Below, one piece after another: positions 1 through 9,649 of a DNA stretch of 64,000 nucleotides. The notes under the pieces were generated by a model, which was not told the origin of the DNA, searched no databases, and worked only from the letters and a program-made list of their open reading frames with translations. Source of the DNA: Candidatus Wirthbacteria bacterium (GTDB lineage Bacteria; Patescibacteriota; CG2-30-54-11); assembly GCA_903889905.1 (NCBI GenBank), contig CAISZI010000028.1:4156-68155 (forward strand). Direction: 5' to 3'. Numbering within the stretch: the first letter of the stretch is position 1; each line of letters opens with the position of its first letter. The position numbers and the translations under genes were made by a program.

Positions 1-64
1 TGACCAAAAAACAAACAAACTCTACTACACCAACAAAAACGGCAACAACAGAGTCATCAACACC

Positions 65-3000
65 ATGACATTAAGTGAAATTGCAGGACAGCTAAGCGGC
101 GCGATTGACAATCAGATCCTGACCCCTGGCTTTGCCGATTGGACCCCTCAGCACTTGATTGTCGATGCACCTGTATTGAACAATGTCACGCTTTACAATA
201 ACCTCTACATGAATTTCCGGGACAAGCAACAGGACAGTATTGGTATTGTGAACAATACCACCGGCAAGACGATGACGGTGCAGCTCCCGCTCCAAAATGG
301 CACCGACATCGCACCCGTTATTACCAACCTGACAATCAACCAGATCCAGAGTGCCGCTCGCACCGTCATCTATGCACTGGATGCCACGGCCCACAATGGC
401 GCTTATGGTTACTGGAAAATTGTCTACGACAACGCCACGACCAGTTTTGGCAGCATCCAGTTCATTGCCCTGCCACTGACCTCCACCAACCGCAATTTGA
501 CTGACCTGGTGATCGATGCCATTCATAATCGCCTCTATGTCAGTGACGCCGCCAACAATCAGGTGCTGGTACTGGATGCCATCAAAGACAGTGTAATCAC
601 GACATTAAATCTGGTGGAAAACAGCAACAATCCTGCTCCGACTGCACTTGCTTTTGATGCTGCCAACAACCGTGTCTTTACACTCAATGCTGCTACGCAC
701 CAAGTTGGCCAGATACGTAATGGCTATATTTCTACCGATAGCCAGGGTTTCTATATCTTCCAGAATGTTCTGGGTGGTGCCAACTATCAGGTACAGGAAA
801 CCAATCTGCCCAATTACGTTTCGACTACCTCAGACAGGATCAATGTCGCCCTGTTCCAGCAGAATTTGAGCACCGATAACGACTTTGGCGACCGCATCAG
901 CGGCAGCATCAGCGGCCGCGTAACTCTATCGGGAGGTTCTGGAACAGGAATTAACGGGACAACACTCGCGCTGGCAAATTACACCAATTTTAATCTCAAC
1001 ACGACTTCTGTTGCTGCCGGTCAAACTGTACCGAGTCAACAATCACGTGGCGTGAACAGAACCGTCAACATCCCCATCACCTCTGACGCTGGCTTCCCCT
1101 CCAGTGGTGACGTGATTGTCTTTGCCATAGATCCGATCACCCATGTGCGCAGCAACTTTGAAATGTTCCACTATGCCTCGATTGACCGCACTGCACAGCC
1201 CTACAAACTGGTTGCCGACAATCCTTCATACGCCGATATCGGCGCCATCAACGATCCGATTGATCCTACCACTGGCCATGCTGCTGGCGAAACAGTCAGT
1301 TTGCTCAAATTCACCCAAGTCCAGACCAACGCCCACGGTGACTTCCAGTTTAATGACTTGTCCGAAGGTGATTACGCCCTGATTGAAACCATACCAAATG
1401 GCTATGCCGCTGCGACGGACAGTTTCTATATGCGACTGCAGCTCAGCAGTTTAAACAGCAACATCAACAACGCCAATTTTGGCCTGACTGTCCTGCCCAG
1501 CTCCGTTTCCGGCTCAGTCTACTATGACCAGAATGGTAATGGTGTGCGTGAATCCACAGAATCGGTCTTCCCAGCTTTTGGCCAGATGACAACCATTGCC
1601 ATCAACTTATTCCAATCCACACAACTTGCAACCGATACCCCTTTCCGCCAGACCACCATCAACATTGATCCTTCGACCAATAGTGGCAATTTGAGCTACT
1701 CCTTCAATGATGTGCCGGTTGGGAATTATCATGTAACCCTAAGTGGCATGCCCACGAGCTGGACGACAAGCACCAATAATCCTCGTTCTACATTCAGTCT
1801 GGGAAATGCACTTTCCCAACAGGGTGAAGACTTCGGCATCTGGCTGCCCACCAGTATCTCCGGTGTGGTTTACAACGACAGCAATACGAACGGTCAGCTC
1901 GATAATGGCGAAACCGGAATTGCCTCCGTGCCACTCACACTGGCTGATCTGAATCTCTCTACGCTGTCGACATCGATCACAAATATCGAAGGCGTCAGCA
2001 CAAATACAGCCGCTCTAACGGTTAAATTTAATCAAAATGGGTATGACACGATCAGCAATTTCCCGCAAGCCGGACTCGCTCTGATCTACGGTGCTGCTGC
2101 TGCCCCCAAGACAGGCGAATTAGTCGCCTACACAACCCAGAATGGCACTCTGCATCTCACCCAACGTGGCATTGGTGCTGCTTCACCACAACTGGGCGTT
2201 GATCCAGCCACGGCAACGGTTGTCGATGGCAAAGGAACTGGCTTTATTACGTACAAAATTGCCAGCTGCCTGACCGAAACCTGTAACACACCCAATATTA
2301 GTCTGCCTTCGGCGTCGCTTTATGTGACCAAAATTGCTGATAGCACTCCAATCAAACTGATCTGGACCAACGTCCCGGGCGCCAAAGCCTATCGTATTTA
2401 CAAATCCATTGATGGTACGCATCAGGGCATACTGGCTACAGTGGTCGAAAACACCGACACCTTCACCAATCGTGTCTTTAGCGACAACAACACGGTACCC
2501 ACTGGTGGCAATAGTGCCTTTATTTCCGGCGTGGAAGCGTCTGCGGCCAAACCCATCGCCATTGGCGACAACATCATGCCAGTCGGCTCACGCACAACGA
2601 TCACCGACGTGAGTGGCCATTATGCCTTTGCCAATCTAGCTCAGGGCATCTATCGCGTCATCGAACAGCTCCCTTTTGGCTACTATGCCACCAACGATGC
2701 GGATCAATATGACATTGTCCAAAATACCCAAACCGACACCGGCAATAATCTGAATACCTACTTTGCTGATACTTCCAACCATTCAACCGACTACACCAAC
2801 ATCAACTTTGCCAATACACCTTATCTCTCCAGCCTCAACGGCATTGTTTTCAATGACCTCAATGCCAATGGTTTCTATAACAGCGGGATTGACGGGTTCT
2901 TGAACGGCGTACAAGTTGACCTCTTCAAAGGCACCCTCACCCAGGATCAAATCAATAACCAGACACCGTTTACCACGACGACAACCAACAGCAACAATCC

Positions 3001-6000
3001 TGGCACCTACACTTTTGCCAATCTGCCGACTGGCGCCTACACGATCTTTGAAGACCATGCCCATTCCGCAGTCCTGACCAGCTCGAACTATCTCTCAACC
3101 ACTGCCAATATCCTGTATGTTTATGTTGAACCCAATGCCAACCAGGATGGCCTTAACTTCGGCGATTACCTCCCCGCCAGCGGTACGATCAGCGGCATGG
3201 TTTACAATGACAATGGCACTGGAACTGGCGCTACAGCCGGAAATGGCGTGCGCGAGGGCAGTGAACCTGGTCTAGCCGGCGCTACCATTGAACTGCACAA
3301 CAATACCCAGAACGGCCCACTTTCCACCCTGCCGATGTTCTTTGATAATTTCCGTGATACCACCAACACCATCACCGCCAATCCGAACTACTACAAGGCA
3401 GTTGAAGACCAAGCCAATAACCGCATTTTTGTCTCTGACACCGCCAATAACCGGATCCTGATCATGGAGCGCGGAGCCGACTACGTCAGCCCGATCTTTA
3501 GTCAATTTGACCTGTCGCACCCACAGGTAAATCCAGCCGTTGCCGCTTGTCTCGCACCCAAAGGCATTGCTTTTGATGGCGCCCATACCCTGTACGTGGC
3601 TTGCTCCGGGTCAAACACAATTCAGACGATCAGTACACTGAATGGCGACCGTACGAGCTGGGCGCCCAATGATGAGCAATATCTGGTACCCACCGACCTT
3701 GCCTTGAGCAGTGACAATAGTCAATTGGCAATTATCTACGACGGAGCGACAGGGGCGATCCAATTCATCAACCCTGCCACACATACGATCCTCACTTCTC
3801 AAGTCAGTTTTTCCTTTAATGGCAGTAACAAGGCTACCCATATTGTGCGTGCGTCTGATACGGGTTGGGATCGTTACCTTGTCAGCTTTGATGCAATGGG
3901 CATCGATTCCGTGGCAATTTCCTATGATCAATCTGCAAACCCACCGTATTCCATTCACCACCAGACCGCTGCCACGCTGGGACTGACTACTGCTATGCCG
4001 GTCTCCAAGTTGGTGGTTGATAGCAGCGTCACGCCTCGCGTCATTTACGGCGTGACCGGTTCCGGCTATGTCAAAATCGTGCCGACTTATGCAAATGGCA
4101 ACTATACCAACGATGCCTACACCCTGACCAGCCATTCCTTCTCACCGATTAGCCAGGTTGTCGACCTCAGCCTGGACACGAATGCCAAACGCCTCTTCCT
4201 GCTGGACAGTAACCATGCAGTACATGTCGTGGACAGCACCAATGACACCTACGCTTTACTGGTGGGCGGGACCAATAGTGGCACACCACAACTGATCATT
4301 GCCTCGCCATTTATTACGGGTTCGAACTCGATCCTGCCTGATCCGGCCTATCATCAAGTCTTTGCCTTCATCAGCAGCAATCCCGCCAGCGTGGATATCT
4401 TTGCCGACAGCATCACCCACAGTGCTGCGGATGGCACATTTAATTTCCGCAATATCCCAACCCCGGCTAATTATTCGATCACTGAAATCAATCCCAATGG
4501 CTTTGCTTCCTCATCACCTGACACGATCGAAGTATCTTTGACCCTGGGTGGTAATTCCCTCAACAACAAGTTTGGTGACTGGCAACCACTGGGTGCCGCG
4601 CCCTTAAGTATTACCAAACATTACGACACCAACTACGACGCAATTCCCAATGGTACCGCAAGTGGCGCAACTGACTGGACAGCCAACAATAAGCCCGTTC
4701 GTGCTGGCGGCATCATCAGCTATGTGCTGCAAGCAACCAATAATTCCAGCCAGAGTACTTACAATTACTTCTTCCAGGAAACCATCCCCGCCAATGCAAC
4801 CGTGAATGCCAACAACGTCTTCTTGCTGCAGCCGATCAGCGGTGGTGCACCTTTGACTGCGCCTCTTAGCGGTCAACTCGGCCAACCGTTGACCTCGCCC
4901 ATCACCATTGGCAACACCAGCTATCAGATCTATGAACCCACCAGCAGTTCGATTACCATCACCGACTCCAACCGTGACGGGATTGTGGGTGACGCCGGTG
5001 ACAAGATTACCTGGAGTGTGCTCTCGGAAGGTATTCCTGCCAATGGTTCAGTCTATGCCGGCTTCCAGGCATTTGTATTGCCGGCACTTGCCGCCAATGT
5101 GACCTCGATCACCAATGCAAAAGACAATTACTTGGTGGATGTATCCAATCCCGACCTGCCCAAACAATCCGGCAGCATTGATGTCGTCACGCCAGTCGAT
5201 GAACTCGCATCCTTTGACGGAACCGGCAATGGTAAAGGGATTGAACTTGCTTACAGCAGTGACAATAAAACCTACACAGACAATGGCAGCGACATAACTC
5301 CAGGCCAGATCGCCGAATACCGCGTCGCGTTTAAGAATAATGGTAAAAAAGGTGCGACCAATGTTGCCATTACTGACAATCTACCCAGCCAGACACTCGC
5401 CTTTGTTGACCAAAATTTTCAGCTCACCATGTACCATGCCGCCAGCGGTACAGTTTCAACCAGCACTACGTCAACCAATGACGGCATTGCCACTATCAAT
5501 CAGGCCAACGGCGCCATTACCGCCAATGTCCACAATGTTCTGGTCGGCGACTACGGCTTCCTGACCTTCCAGGCCCGCGTCAATCGGTCCCTCGACAATG
5601 GAACGGCTGTTAACAACACCGCAACGCTCGTGGCAACAACACAAATTGATGCCACCCATACCAAAAACACGACCTGGACTTTCTCCACAACCAATACCGT
5701 TAAAAGCAATCCCAATTTGGAAGTAACCATTACCAATAATCCAACCAATCTCGTGGTGGCTGGCAACAATATTACCTACACAGTCAAAGTGGCCAATACC
5801 GGCACCATGACGTCTTACAATACCCAGGTCTTTGACGGTATCCCACTGGGGACGACTTATGTTGCTGGCTCAACGCAAATTTCTGATACCTGCAGCAGCG
5901 GCTATACCACGATTGCCGATGGCAATGGCGGTGCACCGCTTGCCCGCGCCGGTGACTGGCTCTTGCCCATCAACGGACAGCTCGATGCCGGCACCAGCAC

Positions 6001-9000
6001 TTGCTATCGCTTTACCGTTTCGACCAAAGCAACGTTACAACCGGGTTATTCGGTCAAAAATGACGCACTTGCGATTGGCTACAATCAATCTGGCAGTGCC
6101 AACTGGATTGATGCCAACAAAATCACGGCAAATGCTTCTATCCTCAATACCATTGGCCGTCCTGAATTTGACCAAAAATCTGCCAAAGCCGTGGCGTTTG
6201 CCCCCAATGGCGACATCCTTGGTGACGGCGCCTACAATCCTGGCGATACCGTGCGCTATACCATTCACCTCGAGAATACGGGTAATATGCCAGCGACGAA
6301 CGTGAGACTGATCGATCCACTACCGTCAGCACTAACCTTTGTGCCTCACAGTGTCACGCTCGACAAAATCGGCAAAGACGAAAGCCAGGCTGCAATCTGG
6401 GACAATACCAGCAAGACGCTGACGATTGCGATTGACGCCATGGCCCCGGATGGCAAGACGGATATCACCTTTGACGCAGTGATTAATTCCCCGCTCGATA
6501 ACGGCACAACCATTACCAACATTGCCTATGTCAGTGACACGGAACATTACAATATCAATCTAACCAATGACGCAAATGCCACGCCGCTTCCAGCACAAAT
6601 CAATAATATTGCCAATCCAGCCTTCACCAGTGCCATGAGCACCTCCTTCAAAGTCGCTTCCCGTCCGATCTTCACAGCCACCAAGACTGCCAGTCCTGAG
6701 CCCACATCGATTGTTCTCCAGGGCGACACATTGACTTATACGGTGACCATCACCAACACCGGCAACATGACCGCACATAATACTGTGGTCGCGGATGTGC
6801 TCGATGGCGCGCTGGTCAGCCCCAATTATTCCAGTTCGCCCTTTGCGACGCAGTTTGATACCATCACCCGTACCGAAATGTGGAATATCGGCGACCTGCT
6901 CCCGGGCGATGCCAACAAAGTCACCCTGATCTATAGTGCCCGCGTTTCCAGCCAGGCGCCAGACCTGACCCGTATCCACAATTTTGCGACCATGTATGCG
7001 GTGGGAGCTATCCCGACCAATACCAATACCGTCACCCACATCGTCCACCCGGCGCTGATTGTCAGCAATGCCAAACTTGTCCGCCTCGTCTGCGATACCT
7101 CCGGCGTCTGCAAACCCAACAATGACGGCGTCCTCAATCCCGGCGATATTGTCCAATACACCATCCGCATGGCCAACCGTGGTCTTGGCGTCGCCAGCAA
7201 TATTCACGTGGTTGACACGCTGCCTACCAACATGAGCTTTGTCGATGCCAATCCTGTCGCCCGCGTCACCGGCAATACGATTGACTGGGAGATTCCGAGC
7301 CTGAACGGTTTCAGCACCATGGACATCATCGTCAATGCCAAAGTGAACGCCGGTACCGAATGCAACACCACCGTCTCCAATGGCGCCCAGATCACCTACG
7401 TGGGTGCGGACAATACGGACAACACCACAACCGTCAACATCATTTCGCCACCCGTCAGCGTCTGCAGCCCGGTTGTCTCCTATGACCTGACCCAAAGCAG
7501 CATTACGGCAACCATGAAAACCGACGCCAATCACGACAGCAAACTAAACAGTGGCGACACCATCACCTTTAACGTCAATTTAAACAACACAGGCAATGGC
7601 GACGCTACCGGCATTAATGTAGCTGACGCTGTCCCGCTCTACACCACCATCGTCCCCAATTCGATCACCCAAAATGGCGCCTATGATGCCACCACCAACA
7701 AAATCAGCTGGACCAATGTGACGGTCCAAAGCGGTGGAGCCAACAAGGTTCTTTCCTTTGACGCCATGGTCAACCCTTCTGGTGTCTCGACCGACGCCAA
7801 CAATCCGACCGTCATCAAAGACAATGCAACCGTCCAGGGCAGCGTTGGCGACCAGAACATCCTGATCGGCCCCACGCTCTACAGTGAACGCCCACTGACC
7901 TATCCCGACTTCACGATATCGACCAAAAATGTCTCGATCAGCAGTGACCTCAACAAAGATGGCCAGGTAAACAATGGCGACACGCTGCTCTACACGATCG
8001 TTCTCAAAAACACAGGGAACGCCACCACCAACGTCGTGGTCTATGACACCCTCCCGCCGGGTCTGGATTGGGTCGCAGGCAGCCTCACGACCAATGACAA
8101 CATCAGCATTGACGCCAGCAATGGCAATGCTATCTTCTGGACGGTCAAAAACATGGCCGGTGGCAGTTCTTCTAACCCTGCGTTGCTCACCTTGACCGGT
8201 AACGCCCTGGTCAAAAATGTTGCCCCGGACAAACTGCTGCTCTGCAACAGCGCCCACATTACCGGTATTGACGAAGGCTCAATCGCCACCATCAATGACA
8301 AATGCATTTGTATCAATAACGTATCGAATATAACCGCCACCAAGACCGTGGCCAACATCACCCGCACCGACGGCCAGTACCGCATCGGCGACGTCGTCAG
8401 CTACACCATCACCGTCACCAACCATGGCGCCAATACGGCCAATAATATCAACATCGACGACACGGTGGACGGCAACCTGATTTACCAGAGTGGCTCGATC
8501 AAAGGCGGTGATAGTCGCAACGACAGCCAGGCACCCAATCTGCACTGGACCATCAATCAACTTGCCATTGGTGCCACCGCGACACTCACCTTTGACGCCT
8601 CCATCCGTTCCGGACTACCGGGCGGCACCGTCATCTCCAACAGCGCCAATGTCTCTTCCACCGACCAGAACAATCTCAAAGCGGCTGCACCAGATATTAC
8701 ACTCGCCGCCATGCCTTACTTTGGCGCCTCCAAAAAGTCCGCTGACCAAACTGCGGTCAAACCTGGTAATGTCATTACCTACACCATCAATGTCCAAAAC
8801 AGTGGCAATCTCGCTGCAACCGGTGTGAACTTCACGGATGCGATCCCGGCCAATGCCTCACTGGTAGCCGGCAGTGTCACCCTGGATGGTCAAGCCCAGG
8901 CCAATCCTACTGGTGCGATTGCCATCGGCCTCGGCAATATGGACATCAACGCCAGCCACACCATCACTTTCCAGGTACTCAGCGGCGCCAACGAAACCGG

Positions 9001-9220
9001 CTACAACCAAAAAATCATCAATACCGCGACCATCACTTCCACCGAAGCCGGTGCCAACAAGACCAATACTGTCACCATCACACTGAAGACGCCCAAATCC
9101 ACGGCGACGACGGGTAACGCCAACCTGATTCCGATTTTCCTCCTGGTCTTTAGCGTTATGGCAACGGTTTACATCGGTGGGAAGAGAATGCTCCGCAAGC
9201 TGCGGCAATCCAAATTGTGA
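65..9220 (+). CDS. Giant repeat-rich cell-surface protein of at least 3051 aa. It contains NHL/beta-propeller-like repeats, SdrD-B/Cna-B-like Ca-binding repeats, an FN3-like segment and at least 9 DUF11-type repeats, and ends in a TM helix plus basic tail. It is probably 5'-partial.
   Basis: The ORF is 9.2 kb. NHL-like motifs include NRLYVSDAANNQVLVLDA, ANNRIFVSDTANNRILIM and KRLFLLDSNHAVHVVDS. SdrD-B-like motifs include SGSVYYDQNGNGVRE, ISGVVYNDSNTNGQLDNGETG, DVSGHYAFANLAQGIYRVIEQLPFGY and NGIVFNDLNANGFYNSGIDG. DUF11-like motifs include NPGDTVRYTIHLENTGNMPATNVRLIDPLP, GDTLTYTVTITNTGNMTAHN, ITYTVKVANTGTMTSYN, PGDIVQYTIRMANRG, GDTLLYTIVLKNTGNATTN, IGDVVSYTITVTNHGANTANN and PGNVITYTINVQNSGNLAATG. 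The C-terminus is LIPIFLLVFSVMATVYIGGKRMLRKLRQSKL. There is no signal peptide after Met65, and the reading frame is open from nt 2 with no stop, so the true start is probably upstream of the window. Confidence 0.85.
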   Translation: MTLSEIAGQLSGAIDNQILTPGFADWTPQHLIVDAPVLNNVTLYNNLYMNFRDKQQDSIGIVNNTTGKTMTVQLPLQNGTDIAPVITNLTINQIQSAARTVIYALDATAHNGAYGYWKIVYDNATTSFGSIQFIALPLTSTNRNLTDLVIDAIHNRLYVSDAANNQVLVLDAIKDSVITTLNLVENSNNPAPTALAFDAANNRVFTLNAATHQVGQIRNGYISTDSQGFYIFQNVLGGANYQVQETNLPNYVSTTSDRINVALFQQNLSTDNDFGDRISGSISGRVTLSGGSGTGINGTTLALANYTNFNLNTTSVAAGQTVPSQQSRGVNRTVNIPITSDAGFPSSGDVIVFAIDPITHVRSNFEMFHYASIDRTAQPYKLVADNPSYADIGAINDPIDPTTGHAAGETVSLLKFTQVQTNAHGDFQFNDLSEGDYALIETIPNGYAAATDSFYMRLQLSSLNSNINNANFGLTVLPSSVSGSVYYDQNGNGVRESTESVFPAFGQMTTIAINLFQSTQLATDTPFRQTTINIDPSTNSGNLSYSFNDVPVGNYHVTLSGMPTSWTTSTNNPRSTFSLGNALSQQGEDFGIWLPTSISGVVYNDSNTNGQLDNGETGIASVPLTLADLNLSTLSTSITNIEGVSTNTAALTVKFNQNGYDTISNFPQAGLALIYGAAAAPKTGELVAYTTQNGTLHLTQRGIGAASPQLGVDPATATVVDGKGTGFITYKIASCLTETCNTPNISLPSASLYVTKIADSTPIKLIWTNVPGAKAYRIYKSIDGTHQGILATVVENTDTFTNRVFSDNNTVPTGGNSAFISGVEASAAKPIAIGDNIMPVGSRTTITDVSGHYAFANLAQGIYRVIEQLPFGYYATNDADQYDIVQNTQTDTGNNLNTYFADTSNHSTDYTNINFANTPYLSSLNGIVFNDLNANGFYNSGIDGFLNGVQVDLFKGTLTQDQINNQTPFTTTTTNSNNPGTYTFANLPTGAYTIFEDHAHSAVLTSSNYLSTTANILYVYVEPNANQDGLNFGDYLPASGTISGMVYNDNGTGTGATAGNGVREGSEPGLAGATIELHNNTQNGPLSTLPMFFDNFRDTTNTITANPNYYKAVEDQANNRIFVSDTANNRILIMERGADYVSPIFSQFDLSHPQVNPAVAACLAPKGIAFDGAHTLYVACSGSNTIQTISTLNGDRTSWAPNDEQYLVPTDLALSSDNSQLAIIYDGATGAIQFINPATHTILTSQVSFSFNGSNKATHIVRASDTGWDRYLVSFDAMGIDSVAISYDQSANPPYSIHHQTAATLGLTTAMPVSKLVVDSSVTPRVIYGVTGSGYVKIVPTYANGNYTNDAYTLTSHSFSPISQVVDLSLDTNAKRLFLLDSNHAVHVVDSTNDTYALLVGGTNSGTPQLIIASPFITGSNSILPDPAYHQVFAFISSNPASVDIFADSITHSAADGTFNFRNIPTPANYSITEINPNGFASSSPDTIEVSLTLGGNSLNNKFGDWQPLGAAPLSITKHYDTNYDAIPNGTASGATDWTANNKPVRAGGIISYVLQATNNSSQSTYNYFFQETIPANATVNANNVFLLQPISGGAPLTAPLSGQLGQPLTSPITIGNTSYQIYEPTSSSITITDSNRDGIVGDAGDKITWSVLSEGIPANGSVYAGFQAFVLPALAANVTSITNAKDNYLVDVSNPDLPKQSGSIDVVTPVDELASFDGTGNGKGIELAYSSDNKTYTDNGSDITPGQIAEYRVAFKNNGKKGATNVAITDNLPSQTLAFVDQNFQLTMYHAASGTVSTSTTSTNDGIATINQANGAITANVHNVLVGDYGFLTFQARVNRSLDNGTAVNNTATLVATTQIDATHTKNTTWTFSTTNTVKSNPNLEVTITNNPTNLVVAGNNITYTVKVANTGTMTSYNTQVFDGIPLGTTYVAGSTQISDTCSSGYTTIADGNGGAPLARAGDWLLPINGQLDAGTSTCYRFTVSTKATLQPGYSVKNDALAIGYNQSGSANWIDANKITANASILNTIGRPEFDQKSAKAVAFAPNGDILGDGAYNPGDTVRYTIHLENTGNMPATNVRLIDPLPSALTFVPHSVTLDKIGKDESQAAIWDNTSKTLTIAIDAMAPDGKTDITFDAVINSPLDNGTTITNIAYVSDTEHYNINLTNDANATPLPAQINNIANPAFTSAMSTSFKVASRPIFTATKTASPEPTSIVLQGDTLTYTVTITNTGNMTAHNTVVADVLDGALVSPNYSSSPFATQFDTITRTEMWNIGDLLPGDANKVTLIYSARVSSQAPDLTRIHNFATMYAVGAIPTNTNTVTHIVHPALIVSNAKLVRLVCDTSGVCKPNNDGVLNPGDIVQYTIRMANRGLGVASNIHVVDTLPTNMSFVDANPVARVTGNTIDWEIPSLNGFSTMDIIVNAKVNAGTECNTTVSNGAQITYVGADNTDNTTTVNIISPPVSVCSPVVSYDLTQSSITATMKTDANHDSKLNSGDTITFNVNLNNTGNGDATGINVADAVPLYTTIVPNSITQNGAYDATTNKISWTNVTVQSGGANKVLSFDAMVNPSGVSTDANNPTVIKDNATVQGSVGDQNILIGPTLYSERPLTYPDFTISTKNVSISSDLNKDGQVNNGDTLLYTIVLKNTGNATTNVVVYDTLPPGLDWVAGSLTTNDNISIDASNGNAIFWTVKNMAGGSSSNPALLTLTGNALVKNVAPDKLLLCNSAHITGIDEGSIATINDKCICINNVSNITATKTVANITRTDGQYRIGDVVSYTITVTNHGANTANNINIDDTVDGNLIYQSGSIKGGDSRNDSQAPNLHWTINQLAIGATATLTFDASIRSGLPGGTVISNSANVSSTDQNNLKAAAPDITLAAMPYFGASKKSADQTAVKPGNVITYTINVQNSGNLAATGVNFTDAIPANASLVAGSVTLDGQAQANPTGAIAIGLGNMDINASHTITFQVLSGANETGYNQKIINTATITSTEAGANKTNTVTITLKTPKSTATTGNANLIPIFLLVFSVMATVYIGGKRMLRKLRQSKL

Positions 9221-9233
9221 GGTGTTGGGTCAG

Positions 9234-9267
9234 GCCGGTCCGGCGGTTGAGGTCCGCCGGACTGGCC
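9234..9267 (+). terminator. GC-rich stem-loop just downstream of the giant gene's stop codon; intrinsic terminator or attenuator candidate
   Basis: The sequence is GGCCGGTCCGGCGG-ttgaggt-CCGCCGGACTGGCC, a 13-14 bp stem with a 7-nt loop, followed by aagcccttt (a weak U-tract). It lies between the giant gene's stop (9220) and the pilin-like start (9299). Confidence 0.45.
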
Positions 9268-9298
9268 AAGCCCTTTAGATAAATCCAAAGAAGCTGCC

Positions 9299-9649
9299 AT
9301 GAAACTCAAATCCACAATTTATCTCGCGCTTTTCCTCCTGCTGCCCCAGGTGGTTTTTGCTGATGACTGGCAGGTCAATACGGTCTTCGGCATGGTCAAC
9401 ACCCAAAACACAGCGCTTAGTGATTATCTCAATCTCATCCTCGATTTTCTCTACGGCATCATGGGATTGGTCGCGGTCATTCGAATTTTCTACGGTGCTT
9501 TCCAATATATTCAATCCAACGGCAATCCTGACCAGGCCCAAAAAGGCAAACGCATTATTCAGCATGCGGTTTATGGTTTACTCCTGGTCCTGTGCGCCGC
9601 TGTGATCACGGTTACTTTTGTCACTATCAAACTACCCACCATCAAATGA
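9299..9649 (+). CDS. VirB2/TrbC-like pilin-type small membrane protein (116 aa) with a signal peptide and two TM helices
   Basis: The protein reads MKLKSTIYLALFLLLPQVVFA|DD, then an ectodomain segment, then a hydrophobic helix LILDFLYGIMGLVAVIRIFYGAF, a charged loop QYIQSNGNPDQAQKGKRIIQH, and a second helix AVYGLLLVLCAAVITVTFVTI. This topology is typical of T4SS/conjugative pilin precursors. Its TGA stop overlaps the ATG of the downstream gene (ATGA at 9646-9649). Confidence 0.5.
   Translation: MKLKSTIYLALFLLLPQVVFADDWQVNTVFGMVNTQNTALSDYLNLILDFLYGIMGLVAVIRIFYGAFQYIQSNGNPDQAQKGKRIIQHAVYGLLLVLCAAVITVTFVTIKLPTIK

Noticed and set aside
6560-7534. 324-aa minus-strand ORF (and neighbours 7580-8257 and 8041-8385) inside the giant surface-protein gene
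   Set aside because: Antisense to a 9-kb ORF with strong repeat-domain homology. It has Gly/Asp/Val-rich composition typical of the reverse frame of T/N/A-rich coding sequence.
9100-9220. LPXTG sortase motif at the C-termini of the giant surface proteins
   Set aside because: Not present. Only a hydrophobic helix plus basic tail preceded by LIP, so a classical sortase substrate cannot be claimed.
9275-9605. ORFs 9275-9565 (-) and 9357-9605 (+) overlapping the pilin-like gene
   Set aside because: They are alternative frames of the 116-aa signal-peptide/two-TM ORF, which has the far more protein-like product and the coupled downstream gene.
9592-9645. GTG start at 9592 given by the ORF track for the 1931-aa protein
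   Set aside because: It would lie inside the pilin gene in another frame and bury the clear signal peptide that begins at the ATG at 9646. The ATG at 9646 overlapping the pilin stop is preferred.
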